Shown: positions 12,398 to 27,660, counted from the first letter of the stretch. The stretch is 64,000 bases of DNA from Paramecium tetraurelia (GCA_000165425.1 CT867997.1:186001-250000); one strand, 5' to 3'. Numbers and translations: made by a program. Notes: generated by a model from the letters alone, not told the origin.

Positions 12398-15300
12398 ATG
12401 AATTATGTTTCACGCAGTCCTTAAGTCCCTATCTATCAATAGATAAAGGCGTTTGTCTAAGGTCTGGCCCAAAAGCGAAACTAGAAGGTCGTGTTGAATG
12501 AGGTTTAATCTCTCATTAATCAATTGGGCATACCTGGTGAATAGTATTTTCTGCTTCAACTTCTAGAAAGCATAGAAGTGCAGAAGGAGAAGCAATCATT
12601 AACACAGAAGGGGTAATTCCTGGTGTAATGGCTTCAACAAGCTTCATCTAAATCCCATTTCATCGATTACTTTTGTGGTGTAGTTGAAGCAGTGTGTCCT
12701 CAGTCCCAATCCATTACTGAATATTTGTGTGAACTGTGTAATGCTCTTAAAGTGCCATCTCTGGTCCAAATGATTATGTGGTTGTCTATCACATTTTCAT
12801 CAAATTAGAATTTCTCTAAAGAAGGCATAAAGATGCTGAAGAAGAAGCTACAAGAGCCATTTTAATAGAAAAATAACTTATAAGTGCCCCAGTATGTAAT
12901 TCACACATTGTTGTATCAACTCAGAAACATTCCTGAATTGTCGGTAAAATATTTAAATAATATTAGGATCTTGAATAAGAAATTAAGAATTTCAATGAGT
13001 ACGTATAAAATACAAAATAGGCGGATTTAAAATGTTTGTATGATGATGGCAAAAAGTACATGAAATTGGATCCAGTAAACATAGAAATCCCTAAAATTAA
13101 TGAATGCATCAAGCCTGTAGACATTCTTAGGGAATTAGGACCTTATACAAGCAATTTGTCATAAATCTTCACAGAATACACTGATAGTGATATTATGGAT
13201 TGCTTATTGTATTTGGCCAATAACCAGGGTGAGGATGCTTCCAAAGATGCTCATAAAGATACCCATAAGGATGCTCATAAAGAGGCTCTTAAGGAGGCTT
13301 AAAAAGATGTTCAATAGTTGTTTAAATTGACATCGAATACTTAACAGCCAGATTGGAATTAGTTATCAAATGAAGTGAATAAGCAATAGGAAGAAGATTT
13401 TATTAAGTTCTTTATCAATGACAACAACAAACGACAGTGGTCTTAAGTATTTGAGAAGTTGGATAGACCCAATTTATAGTTGTCACAGTAAGGATATAAC
13501 AATCTAATGGGATTCTTAGGCAAAATTAAGAAATAATAATAACAATTTCAATTGCCTCATAGATTGTTATTGGACAAATGGCATAATAAGAAATCTTAGA
13601 TCACTTTTCTTAACTGTATGTTAAAAGCAAACAAACCTGAATAGTTGTTCTGGAATGAAATCTAACCCAAAAAGTTAGTGATCATGGAACATAATACTAA
13701 TTATAAAAACCAATAATAATTGCAATATTGGTACAATTTAGAGTTTGTTCAAATGCTAATAGAATTGAGTGAGTATGGATACATAGCTGAAATCAGAGAC
13801 TTTTTTGAATCGCCAATTAAATAGAACCCAGATTTAGTGATATTGGCTTTATTCCAAATTTCCCCCACTTAAGGTGGAGCATTAATAGATGAATTATTTA
13901 CTTAGCTATTTCCTAATTATGTATCATAACATGCCAATTCATCACCAGTATTAGAATAGATGTGGAAATTCAATTAGAATTTATTTATAACTGGAATAAG
14001 TGAGTTATATAAGAAAGAATATGGGAAGAAAGAAAATTCCTGTTTAAATTTATCAAGGGTCTTGGATATAGTTTAACAACTCTTTCAAAATTCCCAGTAA
14101 AACAATACATCATTGTTAACAATGGCTAAATTTGATGATTATCAATTTTCAGTTCCTTTGGGTATTTTAGCAGGTAAGAGAGAATACTTGAATTTTGATA
14201 TTTGGTTGAATGAGAGAATTAAATCTTAAGGTATTCCTTTTGTTAATGTACTCCTACAATACATAGATGAAAATGTTATCTAATAGATAAAGGAGTACTA
14301 ACTTAAAGCTGGATTACCAAATGGTTAATTGGGATAGATGCAAATCCAATAATTAGATTAGATATTAGATAAGGGATAATTGAAATTAGAGATGATAACA
14401 ATTATTTTTGAGTAGTTGATGAATCAAGGAGACAAATTGGGAAATAAGATTAAACAAACAACTTAATAGTTTTACAAGGAAGTTGTTTAAGTGTTTCCTT
14501 AATTGGCAGGACAGCCAAATTAAAAAACTAATTAGGAAGTCGAAAGTAAGACAGACAGTTATTTTGAGAGTTATTACAATGAGTAAATCAGTTTGGAAAA
14601 CTTCTTAAATTAGATGGTTTAATGGAAAACACAGGGAAGTATATAAGAGAAAGAAGTGTATGCTTGTATAATAACAAATTTGTATAATGAATATCAATTT
14701 CATTTGAAATACCCTAAGAAGGAATTGGAATTGACAGGGTAATTATTTGGAGGAGTATTGGAAAGAGGATTAGTAGAAGGTCAAAGTATTTAGATAGGCT
14801 TGAGGATAATTTAAGTGTCATTAAAGAACAACACATAGAGATATGATTTTGCGGTTAAGGCTTTGGAGGTTATGAAAAATAAAATATACGAATGGCCTTG
14901 GTTTGCATAAGATGTTATGGCATGTGAACAATTATCCTTTAAGAATCCAGATCTATTGGCTGAAATTATTAGAGTGTGTGAAAAGCATGGAATAAAATCC
15001 CCTTTGTAACCTGCTCCACCACCAATATAGCCAGTATTTCACAAGCCTCTTTAATTGGTTGCTTAGAAAGAAAAGTAAGAGGAGGAACCCGTGTAATTGA
15101 CTCTAAAGAAATCAGAATCAGTTCCTGTTTAATAGGTACAACCAACTCCAATCGTAGTTCCAGCCGTAGTACAACCCATTTAAATACCTATCCAATAAAC
15201 ATAACCTATTATAGTACCATAATAGCAACCAGTCACATAGGTTCAATAACATCAATAAGTGCATTTACAATCAGTCACTCCGCCTCCTACTTTATAGAAG

Positions 15301-18300
15301 ACTTCTTAATTACCTGTTTAACATACACCTCAACCTTAAAAACAAAAGTAAGAGGATAATAGTACAAACATTAATCTCACTTACAAATAGATCTTGTAAT
15401 TGGAGTTTGATGAGTTTTAAAGATGTGGAGCTGATTCAGAAGTTAAAGAGTACTTTACCTTTACTTTGAACAGCATCTCCTAGAATAATGTTGAGTAAAA
15501 GGCTGCAGAAATAAGAAATAAATTAGAAAACTAGGATGCTTTATTCTATTTCATTAAAACTATTGCTTACTTACGTTCTCCTATGGCTTAATAGTAGGCA
15601 TAGGGTCCTAATGTAATGTGTTGTTTACTTGCTGCATTGAATAAATCAAAGTACTTCTCAGATGTTGCCAAGGAAGTGAGCAAAGGATTAACTAGATTAT
15701 TGACTTTCAATAAAACAAGTCCTTCTGCCGATGATAGAAGCACTATCAAAAATATGGGAAGCTTCCTGGGTCAAATCACAGTATCCAGAGACAAACCATT
15801 CTTGTTTAAGTACTTTGATTACAAAACCTTACTAAAATAAAATCAACTCACAATTTATCCTCTTTGCAAGATCTTAGAATAGGTCAAATCTAGTCAAATT
15901 TTCACAAAGAATAATAAGTGGGTGAATAGAATCTTATAAGAATTGGATACTGCTAAGGAAACATGCAATACAATGGCTAAATATGAAATCATGAATCTGC
16001 TCAAATAAATCGAATACTAAGTTTAACCCATCAATCCAACACCCACTCCTATTACTATACCAAATCCAGTTGTACCGATCATAACTTAACCTATTGTATA
16101 ACCTATTATGGATTTGGATCCACTTAATAAATTGAATATCAAGAATCTACCTCAATATGTGATGGCTGATTCTAAAAACTTAAATGACAAATTGAATGAG
16201 GCTGACTGCAAAAATCTTGTGGCTACAGCCTTAGATCATGCCATATCTGATATCATTCCACCTGTCATTAGCAGAAGTGTTACTATAGCATTGATTACAA
16301 CAAGAGAATTAGTTTTTAAAGATTTTGCACTTGAACCAAATGAAAAATACATGTTAAGAGGAATGCATATGATAGCTTCTCATTTATCAGGTAGTTTGGC
16401 CATGGTTACTTGCAGAGAACCCTTAAAAGTCAGGATCACTCATTATCTTAAAGAAGGCATCGAATAAATTGATCTTGACAATAAAACCAAAGAGACTTTT
16501 GTCTAAACTGCTGCATAAGAAAATTTAGATTTAGGATGTGCTCTGATCAGAAAAGCAGTTATAGAAAGAGCATTGGAGGATGTCAATTAAGATCCTTCCA
16601 TTTTGGAATAATTAGAAAAGAGACAACGATGCAAAGAGAAGGGCTAACAATATAGAGATGAAATCACTTAAAATCAACTAAAATTCTTACCTGAACCATT
16701 ACAACCAAGAATCTCTGGTTTGACCGAAGAAGAAATTAGAATCTATGAAGAATTCGGTAATAAGAAGAAACAGCCTAAATAATCAGTCTTGCAAAAGGTT
16801 TCTACTCTCTGTTAACTACTCTAAGATCCATAGAACAATGAAGAAAAAATTTAACAATTAATCCAAGATTTAAATGAATAGGATTAATCGAATCCGGAGC
16901 AATTTTATAAGGATTTGGCTGATAAATTTTTATAGGTTATCTTAACCAATAATTTGACTTCAGAGAAAATATCAATCTCATTGGATTTGATTACTATCCT
17001 TATTAGAAAGATAAATGAAAAAGTTGGTAAGAAATGGAGTGAATTGGTTACTGAATTCATTACTAAAAACATCGAACTCTTAGAACATAGTCCATTATGG
17101 TGGTAAGCATTCCCTATTATGTTGAATAAAAGATTAATCTAAATGTAGGAGGCTGAACAAGTGATGACTCAAATTCTCACTAAGGACAATCAAATGAATG
17201 TTAGTTCCATTGTATTCATACTTAGAAAGGTCATAATTGAAGAGGATAATAATAATAATACATATTTGAATTAATTCAAACCTATTTTTAAAGAACTCAG
17301 TAAAAAGAAAGACACTAATCCAACAGTCTCTAAATTCTTTTTGGAACTTACTAGTTTTGTCTCCAATAACCCTTAAACTAAGGTTTTCTAAAAGAAATTA
17401 AATTTAATCAAAAATTTCTATTAAAAAATTGATGAAGAATTTTCGAATAAAGTATCTCTCAAATTGAAATAATGGTACTAATTAAGTTCAGAGGAAGAGT
17501 TCAACAACTTCTTTAGAGTTGAAGGAGAAAGCCAATTCTTTGTTGAAGATTAATTGAGTAAGTTCTGTGCTTATGCAATTGAATTGAGTATGACTGATGT
17601 GAATAAAGATTATATGGATCACTCCTAAATTGAATAATTAGGGAAGATGCTTACAATGGTGTCAAAGGGACTTGACCCAAAGATGAAACCTAAATTTTTT
17701 GAAAAACTATTTGATGGATGTTTAATGGTACTCACAAAGTTACATGAAGCCACAAAATAGAAATTTAATTAAAGACAATTATTCAAACTGTTTTATAATT
17801 TACTTTTTGATTTACAAATTTTGGATGAAGAGAATATTAGATTATTCCATAATAAATTTGCTGAGTTTTTAGAAAAGGTTGAACCAAGTCTGTATCCAGG
17901 ATTCTCTTATGCTTGGTTAGAATTACTTTGCAATAGATATTTCTAATAGATTATAACTACAAATGAGAATGCTTATGCAAGGTTGATCATTAAATTACTA
18001 GAATTTGTGAGGGATACTATTACTGAAGAAACTATCCAATATCACTATGTCCAAGAGTATCTTAAGGGAGTGACAAGATTATTTATGCTTTTATTGACTG
18101 ATTAGAGAAAGTTCTGTAGTAAATATGCTTTGAGTTTTGCAGATGAAGTACCTTTCAATCATGTATAATTGTTGAATTTGAGTTTGGCAGCTTTTCCAAA
18201 CGATCAAACTGATGATCCTCAATCTTGCACCAATATTTATGACATTGCAGATGCCCAATAATTTGGATAAATTGTTCATGCTTGTTTTGAAGAACCTACC

Positions 18301-18800
18301 TAAACTAAAATCAAAGAGGAAATCCAATTGATGCTAAATTTGAATGATGATGATTTGAAAATCAAGGTAAGTAAATACTTTGACTATGATCAAAAATCGA
18401 AATTATCTTGCTTGATCTCTGGCTTCTTCATCTTATTACCAAGACACGAAAGTCTTACTATCCAATAATAAAGAACATTATTAACAAGGATTATAAAGAA
18501 TTCAAGTTTTGCCATTAGAAATAATGTGATGAATGTAATCTTGAATTAAATTCGTTATCCTGAACGTGCAACCGAATTCTATATTCGATACATCTTGTAA
18601 TAGTTCATTGTTGGTGATAACTTTTTAATTTAAGAGTAATTTACTACGTATTATTATTGTTTATAATCATTAGATTGATCACTAAACGTTTCCTATCTGA
18701 AAATCCAAAGACTTGGGGAATGCTGTACTTGCATGAAGAATTAAAGAGAACTTAATCTAATAACAACCAATACAAATAGTATTAGATTTAAAGACAATGA
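12398..18800 (+). CDS. NOT1: CCR4-NOT complex scaffold subunit NOT1
   Basis: About 2100 aa; FHLKYPKKELELTGQLFGG, IKNMGSFLGQIT, PVISRSVTIALITTRELVFKDFALE, LSGSLAMVTCREPL, PGFSYAWLELL, NQIRYP; introns 12944-12966 and near 18648-18673. Confidence 0.95.
13234..13305 (+). repeat. 12-nt coding tandem repeat inside NOT1 (DASK DAHK DTHK DAHK EALK EAQK)
   Basis: Six degenerate gatgctcataaa-like units read directly. Confidence 0.8.
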
Positions 18801-18828
18801 CTTATTAATAAAATGTTCATTCAATAAA

Positions 18829-20113
18829 TCATTTTTATTGTAAAATATTAAAGAAATATTCTACTTCTAGTATGCCATCCTCTGGCAAATCAGTGCAATG
18901 TATAGCATTTTTAACTCTATCAATACCAAATTTGGCTCTTATTGTCTAAGGTCTCAAAGTCCTTGCAATTTCAGGATCGTGAGGTCCACATAGATCCCTG
19001 AAAGATTTAACCTAAATTTTAATTTATATAATTTACAGCATTTTCCTATCTGATTTCCATAGCAATACAAGGACCAGATGTTAAATGTTCAGACATGGCT
19101 TAGAATTCAGGTAAGACACCCTAAATAAGATATGGATTAAGATATACTTTATAGACTTCGAAGAATTCCTCACTAGTGGCTCTATCCAAATAGAACATTT
19201 GCATAGCTGAAATTTCAAAGCCTTCACTTAAAATGATGTCTATGATTTGTCCAGCTCTTCCTTCCAATATTACATGTGGTTTGATGATGGCACAAGTGCA
19301 ATTATTGAATACTGCTGTAGATTTTAGATTAGATTTATCAGAGAAAAAGAAATCTAATTCTCTTTGTGCTGATCCAGCTATTCATTATAAATTAATCATC
19401 TTACGAGCATCACTGCCATGACAAGCATTCCTGACTCCTTCTGTTCCATATAAAGCTCTCATTGAATTTGGTGCTTCCACTCTGGCAACCTAACATTTAG
19501 TTGGACCAATAAGATCTCTCCATTTCTTCACACTATTATCAGCTATCAATTCCAAACCCACTATAAAATCACTACATATGAATTATGTAAGTTCATCAAA
19601 GAAGGGTTTGCCCTATTCAAATTTATTAATTATTTACTCTGTGTTCTCCATAGAATTGCTAAGCATCTCCAATTTACATTCTAGTCATTTTCAAATTACC
19701 AATTACGAAACCGTTCTTTTCAACTGCAGTAATTATCTTCCCTATGTGTGTATATGCATCTGGTTTTATCATGCCAAATGTTCTAAATATTAATCTTAAC
19801 CACTTACTTTCCTCTTTAGACTTCAAATTTCGATCTCGTAAATACATCTGCGTAATCAACTATCTTTAATTATCTTGAAAAAACTGTCACAATCGATCCT
19901 ACATACAAGTCCTTCAATTAAACAGAAGGATAGTCACATCTTTTAAGAAATATTCTTTTATTTTTCAAATCAAACTAAATCCATTAATCATTCATTTACC
20001 ATCTCTATCGTCTTATCAGCCATAAAGTAAATGAGGTTATAACTCCTTATCAAAGAAGCACTCGTGTCAAACCATTCCACAATAAACACATATCTTTCAT
20101 CGTTGACTGCCAT
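18829..20113 (-). CDS. NME7: Nucleoside diphosphate kinase 7 (DM10 + two NDK domains)
   Basis: MAVNDERYVFIVEWFD... (DM10), RTFGMIKPDA, NACHGSD, IIKPH, GPHDPEIA, NAIHCTD...EVEYFF; several tiny introns. Confidence 0.95.
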
Positions 20114-20367
20114 CTGTTAATAATAATATAATAATATATATAATATAACTAATTTTCATTATCAATTTTATTTCTCATTCAACCTATCTCCTTTCACTTT
20201 ACTTACAAACTAATTAATAAGTCTATTAAGGACTCTTTGAGATTATTCTATGATTGATCCAATTATTAATCATCTTCTCAGATTTAATCCATTATGGTTG
20301 TTATTTGAAGCATCATTATATTGTAATACTAATCATTTAACTCTTAATAATAACAATTAATTATTAA

Positions 20368-21042
20368 ATGGCTGATAAGTTTCTTTAATTAACAAATAAT
20401 TATTGCTATCAATACTCAAGAAGAACACAAAAGTTTAATGATTAGGCTTAACATTCACAGAGAATCTATACTGACATTTCACCTTTGCCAAAATGCAACA
20501 ACCCTACTTTCAATTCTCCTAGAAAATTAATGAAAACTACATGTGCCTCTTTTTTTGATCATTTTTAAAAACTTCCAAGTCCTAAACTCACTGCTTATTA
20601 GACATATCTTCAAACGATATTATAAAATAAGAATGAGATATAAGCCAAATAAAATTACTAACCCTCTTTTACATTACATAACATTTATGGATAGAGAATT
20701 AATGCTTAGAAATAGTCAAAGGATACAATTAAATAAATATAAAACTAACAATAAAATAAATCGGCTTGCAAAATTTAGTTAAAAAACACAACCAACTCTA
20801 ATTCATAGTATCATTCTCCCCGTAAAACTAGAATATAGTGTATAAATAATTAATCAAGAATATAAATTATAAACAACTTATCTAAATAAATTTAAAAAAC
20901 TAAAATAGATCCTATTTAGGAGAAATCTGCCTAGTAATAACTTTATTCCAAAATATAAAACATCGAAAGCAAAAGAATTTTAACATTTGATGATAATTTT
21001 GATGATATCGAACCATGGAATACATCAGAATAAAAATATTGA
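20368..21042 (+). CDS. Hypothetical protein, single exon, 224 aa
   Basis: Uninterrupted ORF MADKFLQLTNN... to ...FDDIEPWNTSEQKY TGA. Confidence 0.65.
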
Positions 21043-21930
21043 TTGAATTCATGCCTTATCTATATTCTTTTTAGGCTAACCATAAAATTAGATTTAAACT
21101 TATTATTTATTTTTATTTTTGAGGTTAGTTAATCAACATTTAATATTATTATTAATTCATAATAATTAAAAAAAAATCTCACACTTTAGGAATAATAAAT
21201 TTCTACTTCCTTCATAATCTATTTTTATTGAGAAAAACTTAAAAATTTAAATATGATCCTTTAAAATCTAAAATATCTACGACCTAAAAATTAGATTCTC
21301 GAAACGCTTTAAATTAAACTACTTATTGGAATAAAATATTATATAAATATTATATGAGAATAAACTAAAATATATTAAGTAATATAATTTGAACTATTTA
21401 CATATGATAAAATTATTGCTATAATTGTGATTTGTTACAGAATAAAAAAGAATCAGAATGTAGAGAACAATAAAATGATCTATTATATTAAAGAGCCTTT
21501 AATATTCATAATAAAAGTAAGTTTTTGAATTATTAATATCATATCGAAGAGTTTTTAGATTTTAATGTTATTTAATCAATTTAACTAACCATTCTTTTAG
21601 TTGAATCTGCTTATATATTGAATTAATTAATATAGAGAATTCGATAACCAAATATTTTATTAATTTAATTGTATAAATTATGTTAATATTGTTATTTAAA
21701 TAAGTTTTAAAAACTTATTACTTATATTAAATACTGGTTTTACTAGTTATCACAAGTTTCAATAAGTATTCTGAAATTTCGAACAAATAAAATAATTTAT
21801 TTCAACATATAGATTCTACGCAAGTCACTGACAAACAAGAGGGTATCGGGTTAATAACAGAGGAAGGTGATTTAAAAATAATTACTTGATGATTAAACAT
21901 AATTTAATATTATATAATTAATTTTTATAG

Positions 21931-23749
21931 ATGTCGAGACGAAGCATTTTATTAGGGCAAACGATGTCTGATTCAGAAAGACAGAATTTACAAAAAATCA
22001 TATATCAGATTGAACAGAATCCAGAGATTTATGAATAAATATCTGAAGAATAAGTGCTTGGAATTATTTGCATCATTCTTAACAAATCTTCATATCATAG
22101 ATCTTTTGCGGAAATGGATATTTTAAAAAAAGCAACCAAAAACAATGAATACTTTTAGAATATGATAAATCAACCTTAAGGTGATTTATTATGGGAGAGG
22201 TGCTTGAGGAAAATGACATATAATTTTTTACCAATCGGATTCAATCTTTTTAGAGAAGGAGATGCTGGAACAACATTCTACATCATTCTATAAGGTCGAG
22301 TTTCAATACATAAGAAATATCAAATAGGAATTAATTAATTTGAAGAGAGAGAACTAACTCAGTTGCATAAAGGATAGTCTTTTGGAGAATTGGCATTAGA
22401 AAATGATGCTCCAAGATCAGCATCAGTAAAGGCATTAAGTTCAACTCATCTAGCTGTTTTAGAGAAAGAGGACTATATGATAATCAAAAAGACCTTAGTA
22501 AGTATTAATTTTATCACTAGTCTAATTAATAAAAGCAAATGTATTTCGAAGAATTTGCTAAACTGTCCATCTTTTAAGATTGGAAATTTACAAACATTAA
22601 GGGATTGTTCGATAATGTAAAATTTCATTAATTTGGACTCAACCATCAAATTTATAAAGAAGGCGATATATCCAACTTTGTATATTTTATTTAATAAGGG
22701 GAACTGAAAGTAATATTAAATATCTATAGAAATAGGTTATTAAGTACTTATAATTGATCAAATAAAATAATTAAAATTAAATTTAAAATTCTAATAGTGA
22801 AAAATATGATGAAATCAACTAGCTTTAAGAATTAAGTGCATTTCATAAGAAATCATTGACAAATAGTGAAAAGATAGATGAATTGTTTTAAAAAAAGAAA
22901 TATGGACACTTGATTTAGGTAGATAAAAAACAAACCATAACACTAAAATATATTGGACCTGGGGAAATGTTTGGAGAATTAGAAATTCTTAAGAATTCAG
23001 ATATTCCTCGATAAGTGAGTGTCATCACAACTCAAGAATCAAATAAAATCTATTCAATACATAAGAAAGATTTTCTAAGAGTGTTGCACTTTGATCAAGT
23101 TTTGCATGCAAACTTAGTATATCTAAACGAGAATAAGCTAAAATAAATTTTACATCAAATCAAAGGATTCTAAAAAAATTTCTTTGATAAATAAGATAAA
23201 TAGCAATTATTGGAAACTACTCAAAATAAGGATTTTTTGACTTTAGATTATAAAGACTATGAAGAATAACAATAAAATTAGAAGAAAATAAGTAGTTCAA
23301 AGAAAAATATTTCTCTAAGGAATTTTATTTTAGATAATAAAACATAGGATATTGGTTTGACACTTTAATAAAAGGAATCATACACCACTAAAAACTAGAA
23401 TCTGATGTTTCATAAGCAAACCTTGTCTGATTTCAAATTAAATACCGATAGAGCATTAAATACTAATTCATCTTCTAAAACAAATTTAAAGGCAAAATCA
23501 AATAATTAGAGTCCTGATTCATCATCTATTCAATTATTGAAATTGAACTTATGTAAATATCAGCAGACATCCCCTCTTTCGAGAACACAAAGAATGTTGA
23601 GTCCTTAAGATTCTATTTTTAGTAAATCTTAAGGCTTAAAGAAGTTCTAAAATAGTTAAATTTATTTCAATAATAGTCTACCATTTATTATGTAAAATAG
23701 ATATATCAGAATTAAAAGCAACTTAAACAAAATTTAATGCAATATATGA
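21931..23749 (+). CDS. Protein with two cyclic-nucleotide-binding domains
   Basis: LFREGDAGTTFYIILQG...FGELALENDAPRSASV; second domain IYKEGD...YFIQQGE...GEMFGELEIL...PRQVSV. Confidence 0.9.
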
Positions 23750-23851
23750 ATTTGTAATAACTTTATTTTATTTCTTAAACTAACCTAATAATTAGATATC
23801 AAATTATGATTGAATTATAATTTCTATAATAATATACACTATTTTATTCTA

Positions 23852-25333
23852 TCAATTTGGCAATCTAGATTTTGCTTATTTTCTTTATTATTAAAACTAC
23901 ACCAAAATCTACTATTCAATTAACTCCCATTCATTGATATCTACATCTTACAGAAGTGTAGACACAGTCTAAATATTAAAATAGTATACTGATTGAAATT
24001 ATTCTAAAGATTATAAAAATTAAGTCTTCATAATTTTCTTCGACTCTTCACTCGGCTTCACCCATACAGCTTTGTCAATGCCACCTTACTTTTAAACTGT
24101 ATATTTATGAATATTAATTACTTTCCTCTTAGAATGCTGCGAATTATTCAGGTTTTTATAAATCTGAATATTTTTAGACACTGGTCTTTATGAATTCTTG
24201 AAAAGAAGAATTATATTTAGTTAAATCCGTAAATGTAATTTTGATATGCATTTCATCTGATTCATTTAATTAAATTAAGATAGAACTATCAAAATCTAAT
24301 TATTCTCTGAATACAGGGTCATACTTCAAAATATTACTTTCCAATATTTGTTCACTTTATTCCTCTTCCAAAATAACAACATGTTAATTATCATCTTCTG
24401 ACTCATTCAAAAACTTATCATTAAGCAATTCTGAGGCTGTTGGCCTTTTTTCTTAATCTTCGAGACATTTTAAAATAAATTCTTTTAAATCTTGATTCTA
24501 TATCAGATCTAATGTTTTTGGCTTAATTCGGTTGATAACCTGACTATAATATTTTCATTCTACCTTTTAATAAATTTAATTGGGGGCTGTACACTCTTCA
24601 TATGGCCTTCTTTATGTAGCCATTTCCAAGCATGTCATACCAAAGGCATATATATCCACCGGAGGTCCGTATCTCTCTTCATAAATTTCAGGAGCCATGA
24701 ATTCTGGAGTTCCAAGTACTGATTATGTAAAATCCTATTATTGTAACTTAATTGCTAATCCGAAATCCCCGATTCTCACTTGGTTATTATGGGTGTTAAT
24801 GAAGATATTATCGCATTTAATATCTCTATGTATTACTGGATATGGAGAAATACTATGTAGATATTCTAAACCTTTCAGTATTTCTCGACACCAATGCTTG
24901 AGTATTTTTAACCTGGGCCTCTGTATTTTTCTCAAATGTCTAAGCTCTATAGATAGGAATACTTTTTGAGTGATCCACCATGTACAATTTCTGTTATAAA
25001 AATAACTTCACATTTATTTTTGCTAATCCACGCATTTATGAGGCTGATAATGTTGGGATGTTTGATGTTATTAAGAATATTCAGTTCCTCTGATATCCTT
25101 TTCCTCTCCTCCTCTAATAAAATCAATTGTATATACACTGCGGCAATTGATCTAAATGTACTACATTCCATGCAATTTCACATCCAGACTCCTCATCATA
25201 GCCCCTATACACAGTTTTGTAAGTCCCTTTCCCGATTTACTCATTAAACTGCCTTTTAGCATTGTTATTTTAATACTCTAATAAATCTTCCCTTCGGACT
25301 TTTCTCCACAATCGAATCAGGTTCAGATTACAT
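23852..25333 (-). CDS. WNK: WNK-family protein kinase
   Basis: [11 protein letters not shown]...[14 protein letters not shown]...IAWN (Lys in subdomain I), [30 protein letters not shown]. Confidence 0.93.
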
Positions 25334-25403
25334 TTATAATAACAATTAAATTACTAAAAATATGCATCAATTATTAAATTAGCTAATCAAAAAATAATTA
25401 AAT

Positions 25404-25410
25404 AAAAAAA
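25404..25410 (-). terminator. Pol III oligo-T terminator of the tRNA
   Basis: T7 run on the minus strand immediately 3' of the tRNA. Confidence 0.75.
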
Positions 25411-25482
25411 GCCCCCTGACGGGGTCGAACCGTCGATCTTCTCCTTACTAGGGAGATGCCTTAACCACTTGGCCAAGAGGGC
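25411..25482 (-). tRNA. trnT-AGT: tRNA-Thr(AGT)
   Basis: Reverse complement folds as a cloverleaf: acceptor GCCCTCT/AGGGGGC, D arm GCCAAGTGGTTAAGGC, anticodon stem TCTCC/GGAGA with loop CT-AGT-AA, T arm GACGG-TTCGACC-CCGTC. Confidence 0.95.
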
Positions 25483-27239
25483 AACCTATTCGTTTATTAC
25501 ACAAAAAAGTATAAATGAACACCTACTAATTTATTCATTTTCCAAGTTGTTTATATTGAACTTTCGTCTCTACTAAGTCAATTTTTAATTCTATTTTATT
25601 TTTATTTTATAATAATTAATTTTTCTTTTGTTTAGAATCCCTCTCGAATATCCCTCAATAGGTACAACATTCTAAACTTATCATAATCAAAACAAATAAA
25701 TCTGTATTGATTCTTTCAATAGCATTTTTATTCTACTTATCTATTAGCCAATACAAATAACTTATAATTAACATTTTGATGAGCTCAACTACTTAGTAAG
25801 CAAGGATTGAATAATGAATGTTTTTTATTTTCAAGCTGTTTTATCAAAATTTCAAATGCTTATTAATTTTATAAAATTATTAAAATTATGTTTGCCATCT
25901 CTAGCATAAATTCTATGAATTTGGTTAGCAGCTGAACATCAGTATTTTCGTTCTCCTTACCTTAAAAAATTAGATCTCTTTGTAACCATAAAGTTTCATT
26001 CTCATTCTATAATGATTCTTATAGATGTAATTAAATTAAAAATAATCGCCTTTCTGTTACAATAGAACTAAGTTATAATTATATATAAATAGTTATAGCT
26101 TTATATATTTAACAATAATGATATCTATTTAATGTATTTATTTATATTTTAACTATTTCTTTGTCTTGAAAGGAGTTATTATAAATTAGTTTATTAATTC
26201 TATATCGTAAAAATATTTTATTTCTGAAATAAATTGTGAACAATGTATATATTTTCAATTCTATAATATTGAACTAATAATAAGGATAATTTAAGAAAAC
26301 TTACTAATATTCCTTTACATTATCTACTAATATGTTTATTGCATATGTTAAATATCCCACTAAAATATAAGGGAACGAAAATAAAAAATTAGTCATAATT
26401 CTTTAAATAGTTTCTTAATTTTTTTTATTGAGCTAAGCCTAATTTTTGATAGCATTTTCTCAAAACATATTACACCTAAAATTATTTTAATTGAAATAAT
26501 ATTTTCTTGAATTTTATTTACTAGTTTTCTAAATTTGAGAATGACACAAGGACAGAAATCAAATTAAATGACTATATTAATATAATACAGACAATATTAA
26601 TTGAAATAGTAGAGATTAAAGAAGTGTTTCAGAAAATAATTTAAAAAACTATTCATCATCAAATTCGAAATCTATATTCCTTTTGTTTTTAGATCCCAAA
26701 TAATGAAAAATCGAATCAATCCAGAATATAAAACATTATTTTCATAAGATTGATGAAAATATTTAGAAATAAATTGGATAATTTAATCAGAATTTTGGAA
26801 AGACTGTTTAAAAAAGGATGGTGCATTTTTATTCTAAAAATAAATTAGAAAATCATCTTCATCCTTTTTGTGATTTTGATAAGACAATTATACTATTTGC
26901 TATAAGATATTAAGGTAAAAGACTGAGTAGCTTACTCATAAATGTTGTAGTTATTTAAATAATTCTAATATAGCTGTTGCGAAAATGAAATATAAAATCC
27001 TATTAAAATGATTAAAATAAAAATATTAATCATTAATCATCAATCATTAAAGAATTAATTAAATAGTTTAATGTTGATTCCATAAAGTGTGCTTGGCTTA
27101 TTCGATTTCTCGAGTGAATTAATTATTATCTTTGTTTTGAAATTGATCAAAATATTATTTTTTGGATTGAGTAATTTAATTTTCTGTAATATTGAAATTT
27201 TAACTTGGTTCGTTAACATCTAATTATTATTAAATTTAT

Positions 27240-27660
27240 GTTAAAGATTTACAAATTAATGCTGATTAAAATGTTCTTACCTTTTTCAGAAGGCTCTTTG
27301 AAGCTTATTATAGACTTGTATTAATATTCGATGATTGGCATTCTTAATCATTATGATATATCTCAGAAGGGATATCTTTGAAATTATATTAATTCAAAGG
27401 AAAATGACCCCCCTGCATTATCTCTATATGTAAAAAGTCAGACCCTAATTGCAAGTCGAGTTGGCCAGTTTATTTGCAAATCTATACTATTGAGATAGAC
27501 TTCTTTAAGAAAAATTTTCGATTTCTCTTCTCTTTCTTTTTTGAAAATTCCTCATCAAAAAAGCCATTTTTATTTTATTAAACTATCTAATTGTTGCTGC
27601 ATTTTTATTTTTATAGACTTTGTTCTTACTTCATAAATTCAGAGCCTTTGAAATTCATTT
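27240..27660 (-). pseudogene. Decayed coding relic of unknown family
   Basis: Protein-like frame NGFFDEEFSKK...NWPTRLAIRV*LFTYRDIMQGGHFP... with internal TGA and no clear start. Confidence 0.35.

Noticed and set aside
25411..25482. Possible amber-decoding tRNA-Gln(CUA), since the loop contains CTA
   Set aside because: With stem TCTCC/GGAGA the 7-nt loop is CT-AGT-AA, so the anticodon is AGT (Thr).
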